A stretch of 48,775 nt of DNA from positions 1 through 48,775 of the forward strand of contig JAUYMI010000007.1 in the NCBI GenBank assembly GCA_030698665.1, read 5' to 3'. The translations under genes and the position numbers were made by a program. The notes beneath the pieces were generated by a model. It was not told where the DNA came from and made no database searches. It saw only the letters and a program-made list of their open reading frames with translations. Below, one piece after another: positions 9,064-18,587 of this stretch (within the stretch, counting starts at the first letter, position 1; each line of letters begins with the position of its first letter). This DNA is from a bacterium (GTDB taxonomy: Bacteria > Patescibacteriota > Minisyncoccia > Minisyncoccales > UBA10102).

Positions 9064-10361
9064 TGGATTTTACTCCATACCTACAGATCCTCTGGGACCT
9101 CGTGAAGGACTGGTGGTGGCTGGCTTTGCCGGTTGTGCTTTACAAACCAACCGTGTTTTTGTGGCTGTGGTGGCGCCAAGAGATGTGGATCAACCAGCAG
9201 AGAATGATCGTGCTGGAGATTACGCCTCCCCGCGAGGTCGTAAAACCCATCCGGGCCATGGAGAACGTTTTCTCAGCCCTCTGGCAGGTACACGATCCCC
9301 CGAACCCGAGAGAGAAGTGGTTTGAGGGCAAGGTGCAGATGAGTATCTCTCTGGAGATTGTCTCTGACGGAGGCAAGGTGCATTTTTATATCAGGTGTCC
9401 TGAAGGGAACCGTAACCTTATTGAGTCATCCCTGTATTCCGAGTATCCCAGCATTGAGATTGCCGAGGTGGAGGACTACATCAAGCAGGTCCCCCCGGAC
9501 ATTCCGAACAAGGAGTGGGATCTGTGGGGAACGAACTACAAGCTCCAAAAGCCGGACCCCTATCCCATCAAGACCTACAAGTACTTCTTTGAGGAGTCAG
9601 AGGGTTCAAAGGAGGAAGAGCGCGTGGATCCTCTGTCCAACCTCGTTGAGGGGCTTTCCCATTTCAGGAAAGGGGAAAAGCTGTGGCTGCAGATTGTCAT
9701 CACGCCTATTCTCAACTCAGAGCGGAACTATGTCGCTGAAGGCAAGGCGATTGTGGATAAGCTCGTGAAGCGCCCGGATCCAAAGAAGGGGCCCACGGTG
9801 TTTTCGGATTTGGAAGCCGTAAGCGCCCACCTGGCGACCGGCATACCAAAAACTCAAATGGCAGAGGAGGTACGAGAGTTCATTCCTCCTGAAATGAAGC
9901 TTACTCCGGGCGAGCGTCTCACAGTGGCAGCCATTGAAGAGAAGGTCGGGAAGTACGCCTTTCACGCGGTGCCGAGGTTCATCTATCTGGCTCCCCGCGA
10001 CAACTACTACAGCCCGTCTAAGGCGATTGCGATGAGCTACTTTTCTCAGATGAGTACGGCCGACCTCAACGGATTCGGTCCTTTGCGCCCGACCTTAACG
10101 AAGGTCCACACCATTTTGACCTGGTTTCTGGACCGGAGGCGGGTATACATTCGCAAGAGGCGTCTGTTGAGAAACTACGTGCGGCGTCTTCCGCCGTTCT
10201 TCCCAGTCAACACGCTCAAAGGAACCATTCTGCTCAACATTGAGGAGTTGGCGACGATGTTTCACTTCCCGGGCCAGATTGTGGCTCCGGGTGCCGGCTG
10301 GCCGAGAGTTGAGACCAAGAAGGGAGGGGCTCCGAGGGAGCTTCCCATGGAAGAAGAATAA
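9063..10361 (+). CDS. Membrane-anchored hypothetical protein, partner of the downstream VirD4/TraD-like ATPase
   Basis: 432 aa. ATG shares 1 nt with the upstream TAA. Trp-rich N-terminal TM segment; C-terminal ..LNIEELATMFHFPG.. resembles the segment preceding the ATPase domain in fused coupling-protein-like proteins (from memory, not verified). Confidence 0.6.
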   Translation: MDFTPYLQILWDLVKDWWWLALPVVLYKPTVFLWLWWRQEMWINQQRMIVLEITPPREVVKPIRAMENVFSALWQVHDPPNPREKWFEGKVQMSISLEIVSDGGKVHFYIRCPEGNRNLIESSLYSEYPSIEIAEVEDYIKQVPPDIPNKEWDLWGTNYKLQKPDPYPIKTYKYFFEESEGSKEEERVDPLSNLVEGLSHFRKGEKLWLQIVITPILNSERNYVAEGKAIVDKLVKRPDPKKGPTVFSDLEAVSAHLATGIPKTQMAEEVREFIPPEMKLTPGERLTVAAIEEKVGKYAFHAVPRFIYLAPRDNYYSPSKAIAMSYFSQMSTADLNGFGPLRPTLTKVHTILTWFLDRRRVYIRKRRLLRNYVRRLPPFFPVNTLKGTILLNIEELATMFHFPGQIVAPGAGWPRVETKKGGAPRELPMEEE

Positions 10362-10364
10362 GAT

Positions 10365-12041
10365 ATGGCTGAAATCAACTTTTTCGGATACACAACCTTT
10401 CGCAACCAGCGGAGGAAGTTTGGCATTAAGATTGATGACCGGAGAAGACACGTGTACGTGATGGGGAAGACCGGCATGGGCAAGACAGCTATGCTAGAGA
10501 ACATGGCCGAACAAGACATCACGGCCGGCCACGGTGTGGGCTTCATTGATCCGCACGGGGAAGCTGCAGAAAAGCTCTTGGACTACATTCCGGCTTCCCG
10601 CGTGGATGACGTCATCTATTTCAATCCTGCCGACATGGCGCATCCCATCGCCTTCAACGTCATGGAGCAGGTGGCTCCCGAGTACCGGCACCTGGTCGCT
10701 TCGGGTTTAATGTCGGTTTTCAAGAAGATTTGGCCTGACGTTTGGTCAGCTCGTATGGAGTACATTTTAAACAACGTGATCTTGGCGCTTTTAGAGTATC
10801 CGGGAGCCACACTCCTCGGGATCAACCGCATGCTGTCTGACCGCGCGTATCGAGAGGAGGTGATCAGTAAGCTCACGGACCCCATCATCAAGGCGTTCTG
10901 GGTGCAGGAGTACGCGAGGTACACGGAGCGCTATGAGGTGGAGGCGACGGCCGCCATTCAAAACAAAGTCGGTCAGTTCGTTTCAAACCCTCTCATACGA
11001 AACATCGTGGGGCAGACGAGATCCGCCATTAATATGAGGGAAATCATGGACGGGGAGAAGGTCCTCATAGCCAACATTTCCAAGGGCCGGGTCGGGGAGG
11101 ATAACTCGCGCCTCCTGGGAGCCCTGCTCATCACCAAGCTTCAGCTTGCGGCCATGTCGCGCGTGGACATTCCAGAGCAGGAGCGCAAGGACTTCTTTTT
11201 GTACATTGACGAGTTCCAGAACTTTGCCTCAGAGTCCTTCGTGAACATTCTTTCAGAAGCCAGAAAATACCGGCTGGATCTCATTTTGGGGCACCAGTAC
11301 ATCGCTCAGTTAGACGAGACAGTGCGGGATGCCGTATTCGGAAACGTGGGGACCATGGTTGCTTTCCGCGTGGGAGCCGAGGACGCAGAGTGGCTCGAGC
11401 GGGAGTTTTCTCCCGAGTTTACGGCTCAGGATTTGGTCAACCTTGGCAAGTACAACGTGTACTTGAAGCTCATGATTGACGGCCTGGCGGGAGCTCCCTT
11501 TTCAGCTGAGACCCTGCTTCCGCTTCCTGAGCCCGAAAACTCCCAGAAGGATCATATCATTCAGGCTTCAAGGCAGCGCTACGGCACCCCCCAGAGCGAG
11601 GTGGAGGAGGCGATTAGCGATTGGTCGCTCATGAGGGAAGCTACCTCAGCACAGCCGCCAAGGGCGGCTCCTCCTCGCCCGTCTTCTGTCGCTAGCGGGG
11701 AAACTTTGTATGACGCTATCTGTTCTTCGTGCGGCAAGCCCACGAAGGTGGTCTTTCCTCCCGACGGCAAGCGGCCCACGTACTGCAAGTCCTGCCGCAA
11801 GAAGCAAAAGCGCTCACAAGAACAGGTGAAGGGACCGGCTCAGCCAATGTCGCTGAAGGATGCCTTGGGCGCAAAGCCTGTCTTCTTCCATCCTTCAAAG
11901 GCGCAGGAGGCACGCGAGGGAAGCTCTGGAAATGCCGAACTCAGACAGGTACTACAAGAGTCCCTGAAGCAGACCTCGGAAAAGAGCAAAGAGAAGGGAG
12001 AGATTGTCCCCGGCCAGACTATACGCTTTGAGCATGAATGA
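10365..12041 (+). CDS. VirD4/TraD/TraG-like (type IV coupling-protein family) P-loop ATPase with a C-terminal zinc ribbon
   Basis: 558 aa. Walker A GKTGMGKT, Walker B FFLYIDEFQNF, then LGHQYIAQL..GNVGTMVAFRVG typical of the TraD/TraG C-terminal region. Tail CSSCGKPTKVVFPPDGKRPTYCKSCRKK. Confidence 0.8.
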   Translation: MAEINFFGYTTFRNQRRKFGIKIDDRRRHVYVMGKTGMGKTAMLENMAEQDITAGHGVGFIDPHGEAAEKLLDYIPASRVDDVIYFNPADMAHPIAFNVMEQVAPEYRHLVASGLMSVFKKIWPDVWSARMEYILNNVILALLEYPGATLLGINRMLSDRAYREEVISKLTDPIIKAFWVQEYARYTERYEVEATAAIQNKVGQFVSNPLIRNIVGQTRSAINMREIMDGEKVLIANISKGRVGEDNSRLLGALLITKLQLAAMSRVDIPEQERKDFFLYIDEFQNFASESFVNILSEARKYRLDLILGHQYIAQLDETVRDAVFGNVGTMVAFRVGAEDAEWLEREFSPEFTAQDLVNLGKYNVYLKLMIDGLAGAPFSAETLLPLPEPENSQKDHIIQASRQRYGTPQSEVEEAISDWSLMREATSAQPPRAAPPRPSSVASGETLYDAICSSCGKPTKVVFPPDGKRPTYCKSCRKKQKRSQEQVKGPAQPMSLKDALGAKPVFFHPSKAQEAREGSSGNAELRQVLQESLKQTSEKSKEKGEIVPGQTIRFEHE

Positions 12042-13077
12042 GGTCTCAGACATGGAGGTCCGGGGAAAGAGGGTCTTTGTGCGTTCTTCCTTGAACGTTG
12101 CTTTGAATGAGGAAGGAAAGATTGCAGATGACTTCCGCATTCGGATGTCAGCCCCCACCATTCGGGAATTGAGTGAGGGAGGAGCGCGGGTGGTGGTGGC
12201 AGGACACCTCGGGAGACCGGAAGGGAGAGATGAGAAGCTGAGTTTGAAAGCTCTTGTGCCGCGGTTGGAAGAGTTGTTGGGTCAGGATGTTTCTTTTGTT
12301 TCTGACTGCGTGGGAGCTGAGGCTGAAAAAGCGGTCTCTGAGATGTCAGACGGGGATGTGATGCTGTTAGAGAATCTGAGATTTCACAAAGGCGAAGTTG
12401 AGAACGATCCCGTGTTCGCTCAGCAGTTGGAGCGACTGGCGGACCTCTACGTGAACGACGCTTTTGACGTTGCTCATCGAGCTCATGCCTCCGTGTTCCA
12501 GCTTCCAAAACTTCTTCTTTCCTCCATGGGTCCGCAGTTTGCAGAGGAACTCAAGGTGTTAGACCGCATCCTTCAGCATCCAGATCGCCCCTTCGTGGCT
12601 GTGGTCGGAGGAAGTAAGGTTGAGAGCAAGGCGAGGTTTGCTGTGAAGCTGGCTGAGAAGGCGGACGTGGTGCTCGTAGCGAACCTTGTACGTGACGCGA
12701 TGCCCGAGATTCCTTCAAACGTTCTTGCGGCCTCAGACGGGGTCCGTGTAGGAGAACGCGAACTTGATATTGGTCCTGAAACCACCGCTCGCTTCATAGA
12801 GGAAATCAGGAAGGCCCGAACCGTGTTCTGGTCAGGTCCTCTCGGCATGGCGGAAGAGGAGGCATACCAGGCGGGCTCCTTGGCGGTTGCCAAAGCCATT
12901 CTTGAGATTCCCAGGTTCTCTGTGATTGGAGGTGGAGACATCACGGCGTTTTTGGGATTGATGGGACTCAGGGAGAAGTTTACCCACGTATCCACGGGAG
13001 GGGGAGCTATGTTGGCCTACGTGGCCGGAGAGAAGCTTCCAGGTATCATTGCCCTTGAACACTCGTACCATGGCTGA
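12034..13077 (+). CDS. pgk: Phosphoglycerate kinase (short form)
   Basis: GKRVFVRSSLNV, GHLGRPEG, LLENLRFHKGE, VNDAFDVAHRAHAS, VVGGSKVESK, STGGGAMLAYVAGEKLPGI. Start is ATG 12034 (8 nt overlap with the upstream gene) or ATG 12052. Confidence 0.92.
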   Translation: MNEVSDMEVRGKRVFVRSSLNVALNEEGKIADDFRIRMSAPTIRELSEGGARVVVAGHLGRPEGRDEKLSLKALVPRLEELLGQDVSFVSDCVGAEAEKAVSEMSDGDVMLLENLRFHKGEVENDPVFAQQLERLADLYVNDAFDVAHRAHASVFQLPKLLLSSMGPQFAEELKVLDRILQHPDRPFVAVVGGSKVESKARFAVKLAEKADVVLVANLVRDAMPEIPSNVLAASDGVRVGERELDIGPETTARFIEEIRKARTVFWSGPLGMAEEEAYQAGSLAVAKAILEIPRFSVIGGGDITAFLGLMGLREKFTHVSTGGGAMLAYVAGEKLPGIIALEHSYHG

Positions 13078-14233
13078 AATCAAGAATCTCAAAAAGGGAG
13101 CAGCTCGGATTCTCAAAGCGATTGAGAAGGGTGAGCGCATCGTCCTATACGGAGATGCTGACTTAGATGGCGTGTCCGCTGTCATCATTTTAGAGCAGGC
13201 CATCCGCAGTAAGGGGGGCAGGGTTGCTTCCTACTACTTCCCGGACAGAGAGAAGGAGGGCTATGGCATCACCAAAGATGCCTTAAAGAAACTCAAGAAA
13301 CTTGCTCCGGCTCTCTTAGTAGCGCTGGACCTCGGAATCTCAAACTTTGAGGAGATCAAAGAGGCAAAGAAGCTCGGTTTTGAGGTGATGGTTGTAGATC
13401 ACCACGTGCCGCTCGGAGGCAAGCTTCCTGCAGCTGACCTCATCATTGACCCAAAACAGAAAGGGGATCGGTACCCGTTCAAGGAGTTTGCCGCCTGCGG
13501 GCTTTCTTTTAAGGTGGCAGAAGCCATGTTTGCTTCTTCCCTGCCCAACGCCCTGCGCTCCAGCCTGCTGGAGCTTGCCGCGTTGGGGACCATAGCTGAC
13601 ATGATGAAACGGGAAGAGGACAATGAAAAGATCATTGCAGAAGGGCTTTTGACGCTGGAGAATTCCTGGAATCCCGGGATTCAGGCCTTTTTGCAGACAG
13701 ATCCCTTTGCGAGCATTGAGAACATCACGGCAAAGGTCTATCGCATGATTTCCGTGCTGAACGTGAGGGATGTTAAGAACGGGTTTCCAGGAGCTTTCCG
13801 CCTCCTCACGGTTCCCACTCTTGAGGAAGCCAAGGTTCTGTTGGCTGACTTCGTGGAACAGACGGTTGTGCGCAAGGCCCGGATCCGCCAGCTGGCTGAC
13901 GAGGTCAAAGAACGCGTCCGGCTTTCCCAGCCCTCCCCCGTCATCTTTCAAGGAGGAAACTCCTTTGAGTTCATGCATTTGGGCGCCGTTGCCTCCATTG
14001 TTGAGAACGAGTTTGGGAAACCCACTTTCATTTTCAAAAAAGGAGAGAAGGAGTCCTTGGGAAGCGTCAGGGCTCCTGCGGGCAGGGATACCGTGAAGGC
14101 CATGGAGTCCTGCGCAGATCTCCTGGGCGCTTTTGGGGGGCACCCCCAGGCCTCGGGTTTCAGAATCAAGACGCAGAACTTAGAGAAGTTCAGGCGGTGT
14201 CTGGAGGATCACTTTTCAAAACAGAATGGATAA
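13070..14233 (+). CDS. DHH/DHHA1 family phosphoesterase, RecJ-like
   Basis: ORF 13049..14233. ATG at 13070 overlaps the pgk stop by 8 nt. Motifs GDADLDGVSA, VVDHH (DHH) and GGHPQASGF (DHHA1). Confidence 0.85.
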   Translation: MAEIKNLKKGAARILKAIEKGERIVLYGDADLDGVSAVIILEQAIRSKGGRVASYYFPDREKEGYGITKDALKKLKKLAPALLVALDLGISNFEEIKEAKKLGFEVMVVDHHVPLGGKLPAADLIIDPKQKGDRYPFKEFAACGLSFKVAEAMFASSLPNALRSSLLELAALGTIADMMKREEDNEKIIAEGLLTLENSWNPGIQAFLQTDPFASIENITAKVYRMISVLNVRDVKNGFPGAFRLLTVPTLEEAKVLLADFVEQTVVRKARIRQLADEVKERVRLSQPSPVIFQGGNSFEFMHLGAVASIVENEFGKPTFIFKKGEKESLGSVRAPAGRDTVKAMESCADLLGAFGGHPQASGFRIKTQNLEKFRRCLEDHFSKQNG

Positions 14234-14666
14234 GTACGTATTGAGAACCGATGGAGGAGCGAGAGGGAACCCGGGTCCTGCGGCTTTGGGCGCGGTTCTT
14301 GAGGAAGAAGGAGGGAAGGTGATTGCCGCATTTGGAGAGTACATCGGGGAGACCACGAATAACGAGGCCGAGTACCGGGCCGTCATTGAGGGATTGAAAA
14401 AGCTCAAGTCCCGTATAGGAAAGGCAAAAACAAAGGCCTCTGATGTGCAGGTGCTCTCTGACTCTGAGCTCGTCGTCAAGCAGATGACCGGAAAGTACAA
14501 GGTGGAGAACCCGAAGATCCAGCAGTTCTTTCTGCAGCTTTGGAATCTCACGCTGGACTTTAAAAAAGTTTCTTTCACTGCGGTGCCCCGCGAGAAGAAC
14601 AAGGCAGCTGACCGCCTAGTGAATGAGGCCCTGGATGCTCAAGGAGCAAAGCGGAAACTGCTCTAA
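14226..14666 (+). CDS. rnhA: Ribonuclease HI family protein
   Basis: 146 aa. TDGGARGNPGPAALG..TNNEAEYRAVIEGL..SDSELVVKQM..NKAADRLVNEA carries the RNase H D-E-D-D residues. Overlaps the upstream gene by 8 nt. Confidence 0.85.
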   Translation: MDKYVLRTDGGARGNPGPAALGAVLEEEGGKVIAAFGEYIGETTNNEAEYRAVIEGLKKLKSRIGKAKTKASDVQVLSDSELVVKQMTGKYKVENPKIQQFFLQLWNLTLDFKKVSFTAVPREKNKAADRLVNEALDAQGAKRKLL

Positions 14667-14675
14667 CTGGAATAC

Positions 14676-14704
14676 TTGACAGCTATTTCAGCATAAGGTA
14701 TTAT
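14676..14704 (+). promoter_or_regulatory. Consensus sigma70-like promoter of rnpB
   Basis: TTGACA (14676-14681), 17 nt spacer, TATTAT (14699-14704). The predicted transcription start near 14711 coincides with the 5' strand of helix P1. Confidence 0.6.
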
Positions 14705-14709
14705 ATGCC

Positions 14710-15102
14710 CGTCAAGCTGTATGGCAGTCGCTCTCGCGTTCTCAGAACGTGGGAGAGGAAGGTCCGAACACTACTTCCCGTCAGAAGAACGGGTCTAAAA
14801 GGGTAGCGGGTAACACCCGTCCGCAGTAATGCGAGAGGTGCGAGCAGAGACGCTGAGGCAAGCGATTGCCGAGGCCCTTGCCAGAGTGGCAAGGTGAGCT
14901 CCGGGAGTAATCCTGGAGGTGAAACGGCTAAATCCTTATCCGAGTGCAAGAGCAAGCCAGGGAATCAGCTTCCATGTTGAAGCCCTGTGAAAAGTAGCTC
15001 GCTGGAGCCTGAGGGTAACCTCAGGCCAAGACAGATGATTGCCGCTCTGTCCTCGCGAGGGGGCAGAGTACAGAATTCGGCCTATATTACAGCTTGGCCG
15101 GG
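14710..15102 (+). ncRNA. rnpB: RNase P RNA, bacterial type A
   Basis: P4 strands GAGAGGAAGGUCCGAAC (about 14753-14769) and ACAGAAUUCGGCCUAUA (15070-15086). P1 pairs AAGCUGU (14714-14720) with ACAGCUU (15089-15095). No credible ORF on this strand. Confidence 0.85.
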
Positions 15103-15129
15103 GAGTCCCTTCGGGGACTCTTCGCTTTT
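15103..15129 (+). terminator. Rho-independent terminator after rnpB
   Basis: GAGTCCC (15103-15109), TTCG tetraloop, GGGACTC (15114-15120), then TTCGCTTTT. Confidence 0.6.
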
Positions 15130-15216
15130 AGATGAGTATGCTGTACGTATCCATGCCTATATCCGTGCCTAAATCTCGTTTAGTTATTCTGCGATTCTGA
15201 TACAATAGGGAGTGAT

Positions 15217-16821
15217 ATGATGAAACGAATTTTCTCAGTTACTTCACAGAGCGTTGGCTCAGCCGCCCTCATTCTGGTTGCCTCAGCTTTGGTGAGCCGC
15301 GTACTTGGGCTTCTGCGTGACCGCCTCATGGCGGGAACCTTCGGAGCCGGGCAGGAGCTGGATATATACTTTGCGGCCTTCCGCATCCCGGACTTTATCT
15401 ACGGGCTCTTTATCACAGGAGGGATCGCAGCCGTGTTTCTCCCCGTGTTTTCTTCGTATATGGAAGAGAATAAGGAGAAGGCCCGGGAGTTCGTGAGTTC
15501 GCTCCTCGTTTCTCTTCTCGTTTTCCTCTCTCTTTTGTCTGTGGTTTTGGCCCTTGCGGCGCCCTGGATCATGAGATTTGTGGTGCCTGGGTTCAATGAG
15601 GCGAGCATGCAGACGGCGGTTGCCATGGCCCGTCTCCTGTTCCTGAGCCCGATTCTTTTCGGGCTGGCCTCCGTGTTTTCAGGTCTCCTACAGTACCACA
15701 GGAGATTTTTGGCGTACGCCACGGCTCCCATACTCTACAACCTCGGAATCATCTTTGGCATCCTCGTCTTCGTTCCGCGTTTCGGGGTGTTCGGGCTCGC
15801 TTGGGGAGTTATCTTGGGCGCCCTGCTTCAGTTTGTTATACAGGTCGTCCCAGTGCTCCAGGCAGGGTTTTCCTTTACAAGGGTCAGGAATATTCTTTCT
15901 CCCGGGGTGATGAGCGTGGCGAGATTGAGCATACCACGTACTATTGGAGCCGCGGCCTACCATCTTAACCTCATTATCATGACCTCCATTGCTTCCTTGT
16001 TTTCAGCTGGCAGTATTACTGTCTTCAACCTGGCGAACAACCTTCAGTATGTTCCCATCGGGCTTGTCGGCGTTTCCTTTGCCGTAGCTTCCTTCCCCGA
16101 GCTTTCCCGTTCGGCCGCTAGGGGAGACGAGGTTGGTTTCGCTCGCCAGTTTTCTTCCACCCTTCGCCAAATCGTGTTTCTTGCCCTACCAGCTTCTCTG
16201 CTTCTCCTGCTTTTTCGTACGCAGATCGTACGTCTCGTGCTGGGAACTGGGGAGTTTAGCTGGGAGGCGACCCAGCTCACCTCACAGGTTCTGGGGATCT
16301 TTGCGCTCAGTGTGGTCTTCTATTCTGTCATCCCGTTTCTGGCCCGCGCCTTCTTCGCACGGCAGGATACCAAGACCCCGACCGTGGCAGGAGTCATTTC
16401 GGTCGGAGTGAACCTGGGTCTCGCTTTTCTCTTTGCCCAGATGCTCAGCTCGGTTTCCATCGGGGGCATCTCGGATGTGCGGGTGCTCGCTCTGCCTCTC
16501 GCTCTCCTGGTCTCGGGCTTTGTCCAGTTTGCCATGCTTGTGTTCTTCCTTCAGAAAGGAAGAAGGTTGTATGAGGGAGGGTGGGGAGTGTTTTGCAGAA
16601 TGGGAATTGCCTCTGCCGCCTTGGTCGCGGTTTCGCTTGCCGGTCTCAGAGCTTCTTTCTCATTCCTTGATTTGGGTACGTTCTCTGGTGTATTGATGCA
16701 AACTACGGTTGTTTCCCTGTTGGCCGGAGCCTCGTATCTTCTCGTGTCCTGGTTGCTGAAGATACCCGAAGCAAGGCGGTTTGGGAGCATACTTTCAAAG
16801 ATGCGGAATGTTTGGGCATGA
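15217..16821 (+). CDS. murJ: Lipid II flippase MurJ (MviN family)
   Basis: 534 aa, about 14 TM segments. N-terminal SRVLGLLRDRLMAGTFGAGQELDIYFAAFRIPDF is the MurJ signature. Confidence 0.9.
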   Translation: MMKRIFSVTSQSVGSAALILVASALVSRVLGLLRDRLMAGTFGAGQELDIYFAAFRIPDFIYGLFITGGIAAVFLPVFSSYMEENKEKAREFVSSLLVSLLVFLSLLSVVLALAAPWIMRFVVPGFNEASMQTAVAMARLLFLSPILFGLASVFSGLLQYHRRFLAYATAPILYNLGIIFGILVFVPRFGVFGLAWGVILGALLQFVIQVVPVLQAGFSFTRVRNILSPGVMSVARLSIPRTIGAAAYHLNLIIMTSIASLFSAGSITVFNLANNLQYVPIGLVGVSFAVASFPELSRSAARGDEVGFARQFSSTLRQIVFLALPASLLLLLFRTQIVRLVLGTGEFSWEATQLTSQVLGIFALSVVFYSVIPFLARAFFARQDTKTPTVAGVISVGVNLGLAFLFAQMLSSVSIGGISDVRVLALPLALLVSGFVQFAMLVFFLQKGRRLYEGGWGVFCRMGIASAALVAVSLAGLRASFSFLDLGTFSGVLMQTTVVSLLAGASYLLVSWLLKIPEARRFGSILSKMRNVWA

Positions 16822-18587
16822 AGACCTCCATTCGGAATTTTTGCATCATCGCCCACATTGACCACGGTAAGTCCACCTTAGCTGATCGTTTTTTGGAGGT
16901 GACGGGCACGGTGGACAAACGCAAGTTCAGGGATCAATTCTTGGACTCCATGCCCCTGGAACGCGAGAAGGGGATCACCATCAAGATGCAGCCCGTGCGC
17001 ATGGAATACCAGGGGCACATTCTCAATCTCATTGATACCCCAGGACACGTGGACTTTACCTACGAGGTTTCTCGTTCCCTGGCAGCGGTGGAAGGAGCCA
17101 TCTTGCTCGTGGACGCTGTCAAGGGAGTGCAGGCCCAGACCTTAGCCAACCTCCGGCTCGCCCAAAAGCTCAATCTCCGCATCATTCCGTGCGTCAACAA
17201 GATTGATCTTCCCTTTTCAAGAGCCGATGAGGTGGCCAAAGAAACAGGGGAGCTCCTTGGGATTTCACCAGACAGCATTCTTCGCATTTCAGCGAAGGTA
17301 GGAACAGGGGTGAAGGAACTCTTGGACACCGTGATCTCTGAAATTCCGCCTCCATCGGGCAGTGAGTCTTCTCCCTTGCAGGCCCTCATCTTTGACTCTC
17401 GCTATGACGCTTTTAAGGGAGTGGTTGCGTACGTGCGAGTCGTTGAAGGGAGCGTAAAGTCCTCTGAGAAGGTGTGGTTCGCTCAGAGCGGAGCCTCCTC
17501 GTCTCTCAAGGAGGTTGGGTATTTTCTTCCCCAGGAGATGCCGGCCTTGGGTCTCTTGGCCGGAGAAATCGGGTACGTGGCGACCGGCATGAAATCCTCT
17601 GAGTTGGTGCGTATTGGGGACACGCTGACCGTTTCCTCGGTGACCCCGGCCCTTCCGGGATACAAAGAGCCCCAGCCCTTGGTGTTTGTAAGTCTGTATC
17701 CTGAGAACCCGGACGAGTTTGATATCTTGAAAGATGCGATTGCAAAACTCAAACTCAACGACCCTTCTTTTACTGCTGAGCCCGAGTCCCGGGAGGCCTT
17801 AGGGAGGGGATTCCGCTGTGGGTTTCTTGGTGTTCTGCACTCTGAGATCATAGCTGAGCGAATCCGCAGGGAGTATAATCTGAGCCTCGTGGTTTCCCGT
17901 CCCTCAGTTGAGTTTAAGGTGAGAGACAAGCAGGGGAGGGAGATTCCGGTCCGCACGGCAGGTGAGTGGCCCGATCCCGGGCTCATTGAGGAGACCTTGG
18001 AACCATACTCGCGCCTCAGGGTTCTCGCCCCGAGCTCCCAGTATGCTCAGGCGCTCTCCACGGTAGAGTCTATTGAGGGGGAGAGGATAAGCATATCGTA
18101 CATTGGTTCTTCTACCGTACTCTTTGAGTATGAGGTTCCATTGCGGGAGCTCATCATTGATTTTTACGACACCCTCAAGTCAGCCACGCAAGGGTTGGCC
18201 TCCATGGATTATGAGATTGTCGGTTTTCGCACAGGGGATCTCGTCAAGCTTGATATCCTGGTGGCCGGAGAGCGAGAAGAGGCCCTTGCCTTTATCGTTC
18301 CGAGAGCAAAGGCCGAAGCTGAGGGAAGGAGAATTGTGGAGAAGCTCAAAAAATCCCTGCCCAGCCAGCTCTTTGCGGTTTCCTTGCAGGCCGCCATTTC
18401 TGGAAAGGTACTGGCCCGGGAAACCATGTCAGCCAAGCGCAGGGACGTGATAGCTCCTCTCTACGGAGGAGACGTAACGAGGAAGAGAAAGCTGCTGGAG
18501 CGCCAGAAGAAAGGCAAAAAGGAACTGGCAAAAAAAGGCCGAGTGAGGATCCCGGCCAAGGTATTCTTGGAGCTCTTTCGGAACTGA
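16818..18587 (+). CDS. lepA: Translation elongation factor 4 (LepA)
   Basis: IRNFCIIAHIDHGKSTLADR, DTPGHVDF, NKIDL and the LepA C-terminal domain (..GGDVTRKRKLLERQKKGKK). ATG at 16818 overlaps the murJ stop (ATGA). Confidence 0.97.
   Translation: MKTSIRNFCIIAHIDHGKSTLADRFLEVTGTVDKRKFRDQFLDSMPLEREKGITIKMQPVRMEYQGHILNLIDTPGHVDFTYEVSRSLAAVEGAILLVDAVKGVQAQTLANLRLAQKLNLRIIPCVNKIDLPFSRADEVAKETGELLGISPDSILRISAKVGTGVKELLDTVISEIPPPSGSESSPLQALIFDSRYDAFKGVVAYVRVVEGSVKSSEKVWFAQSGASSSLKEVGYFLPQEMPALGLLAGEIGYVATGMKSSELVRIGDTLTVSSVTPALPGYKEPQPLVFVSLYPENPDEFDILKDAIAKLKLNDPSFTAEPESREALGRGFRCGFLGVLHSEIIAERIRREYNLSLVVSRPSVEFKVRDKQGREIPVRTAGEWPDPGLIEETLEPYSRLRVLAPSSQYAQALSTVESIEGERISISYIGSSTVLFEYEVPLRELIIDFYDTLKSATQGLASMDYEIVGFRTGDLVKLDILVAGEREEALAFIVPRAKAEAEGRRIVEKLKKSLPSQLFAVSLQAAISGKVLARETMSAKRRDVIAPLYGGDVTRKRKLLERQKKGKKELAKKGRVRIPAKVFLELFRN

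Noticed and set aside
15100-15112. The 13-mer GGGGAGTCCCTTC occurs both here (rnpB terminator) and at 29204-29216 (terminator after the cohesin gene).
   Set aside because: It is a single short match in two GC-rich hairpin contexts with no extended flanking similarity. Most likely chance or convergent terminator sequence, not a repeat family.
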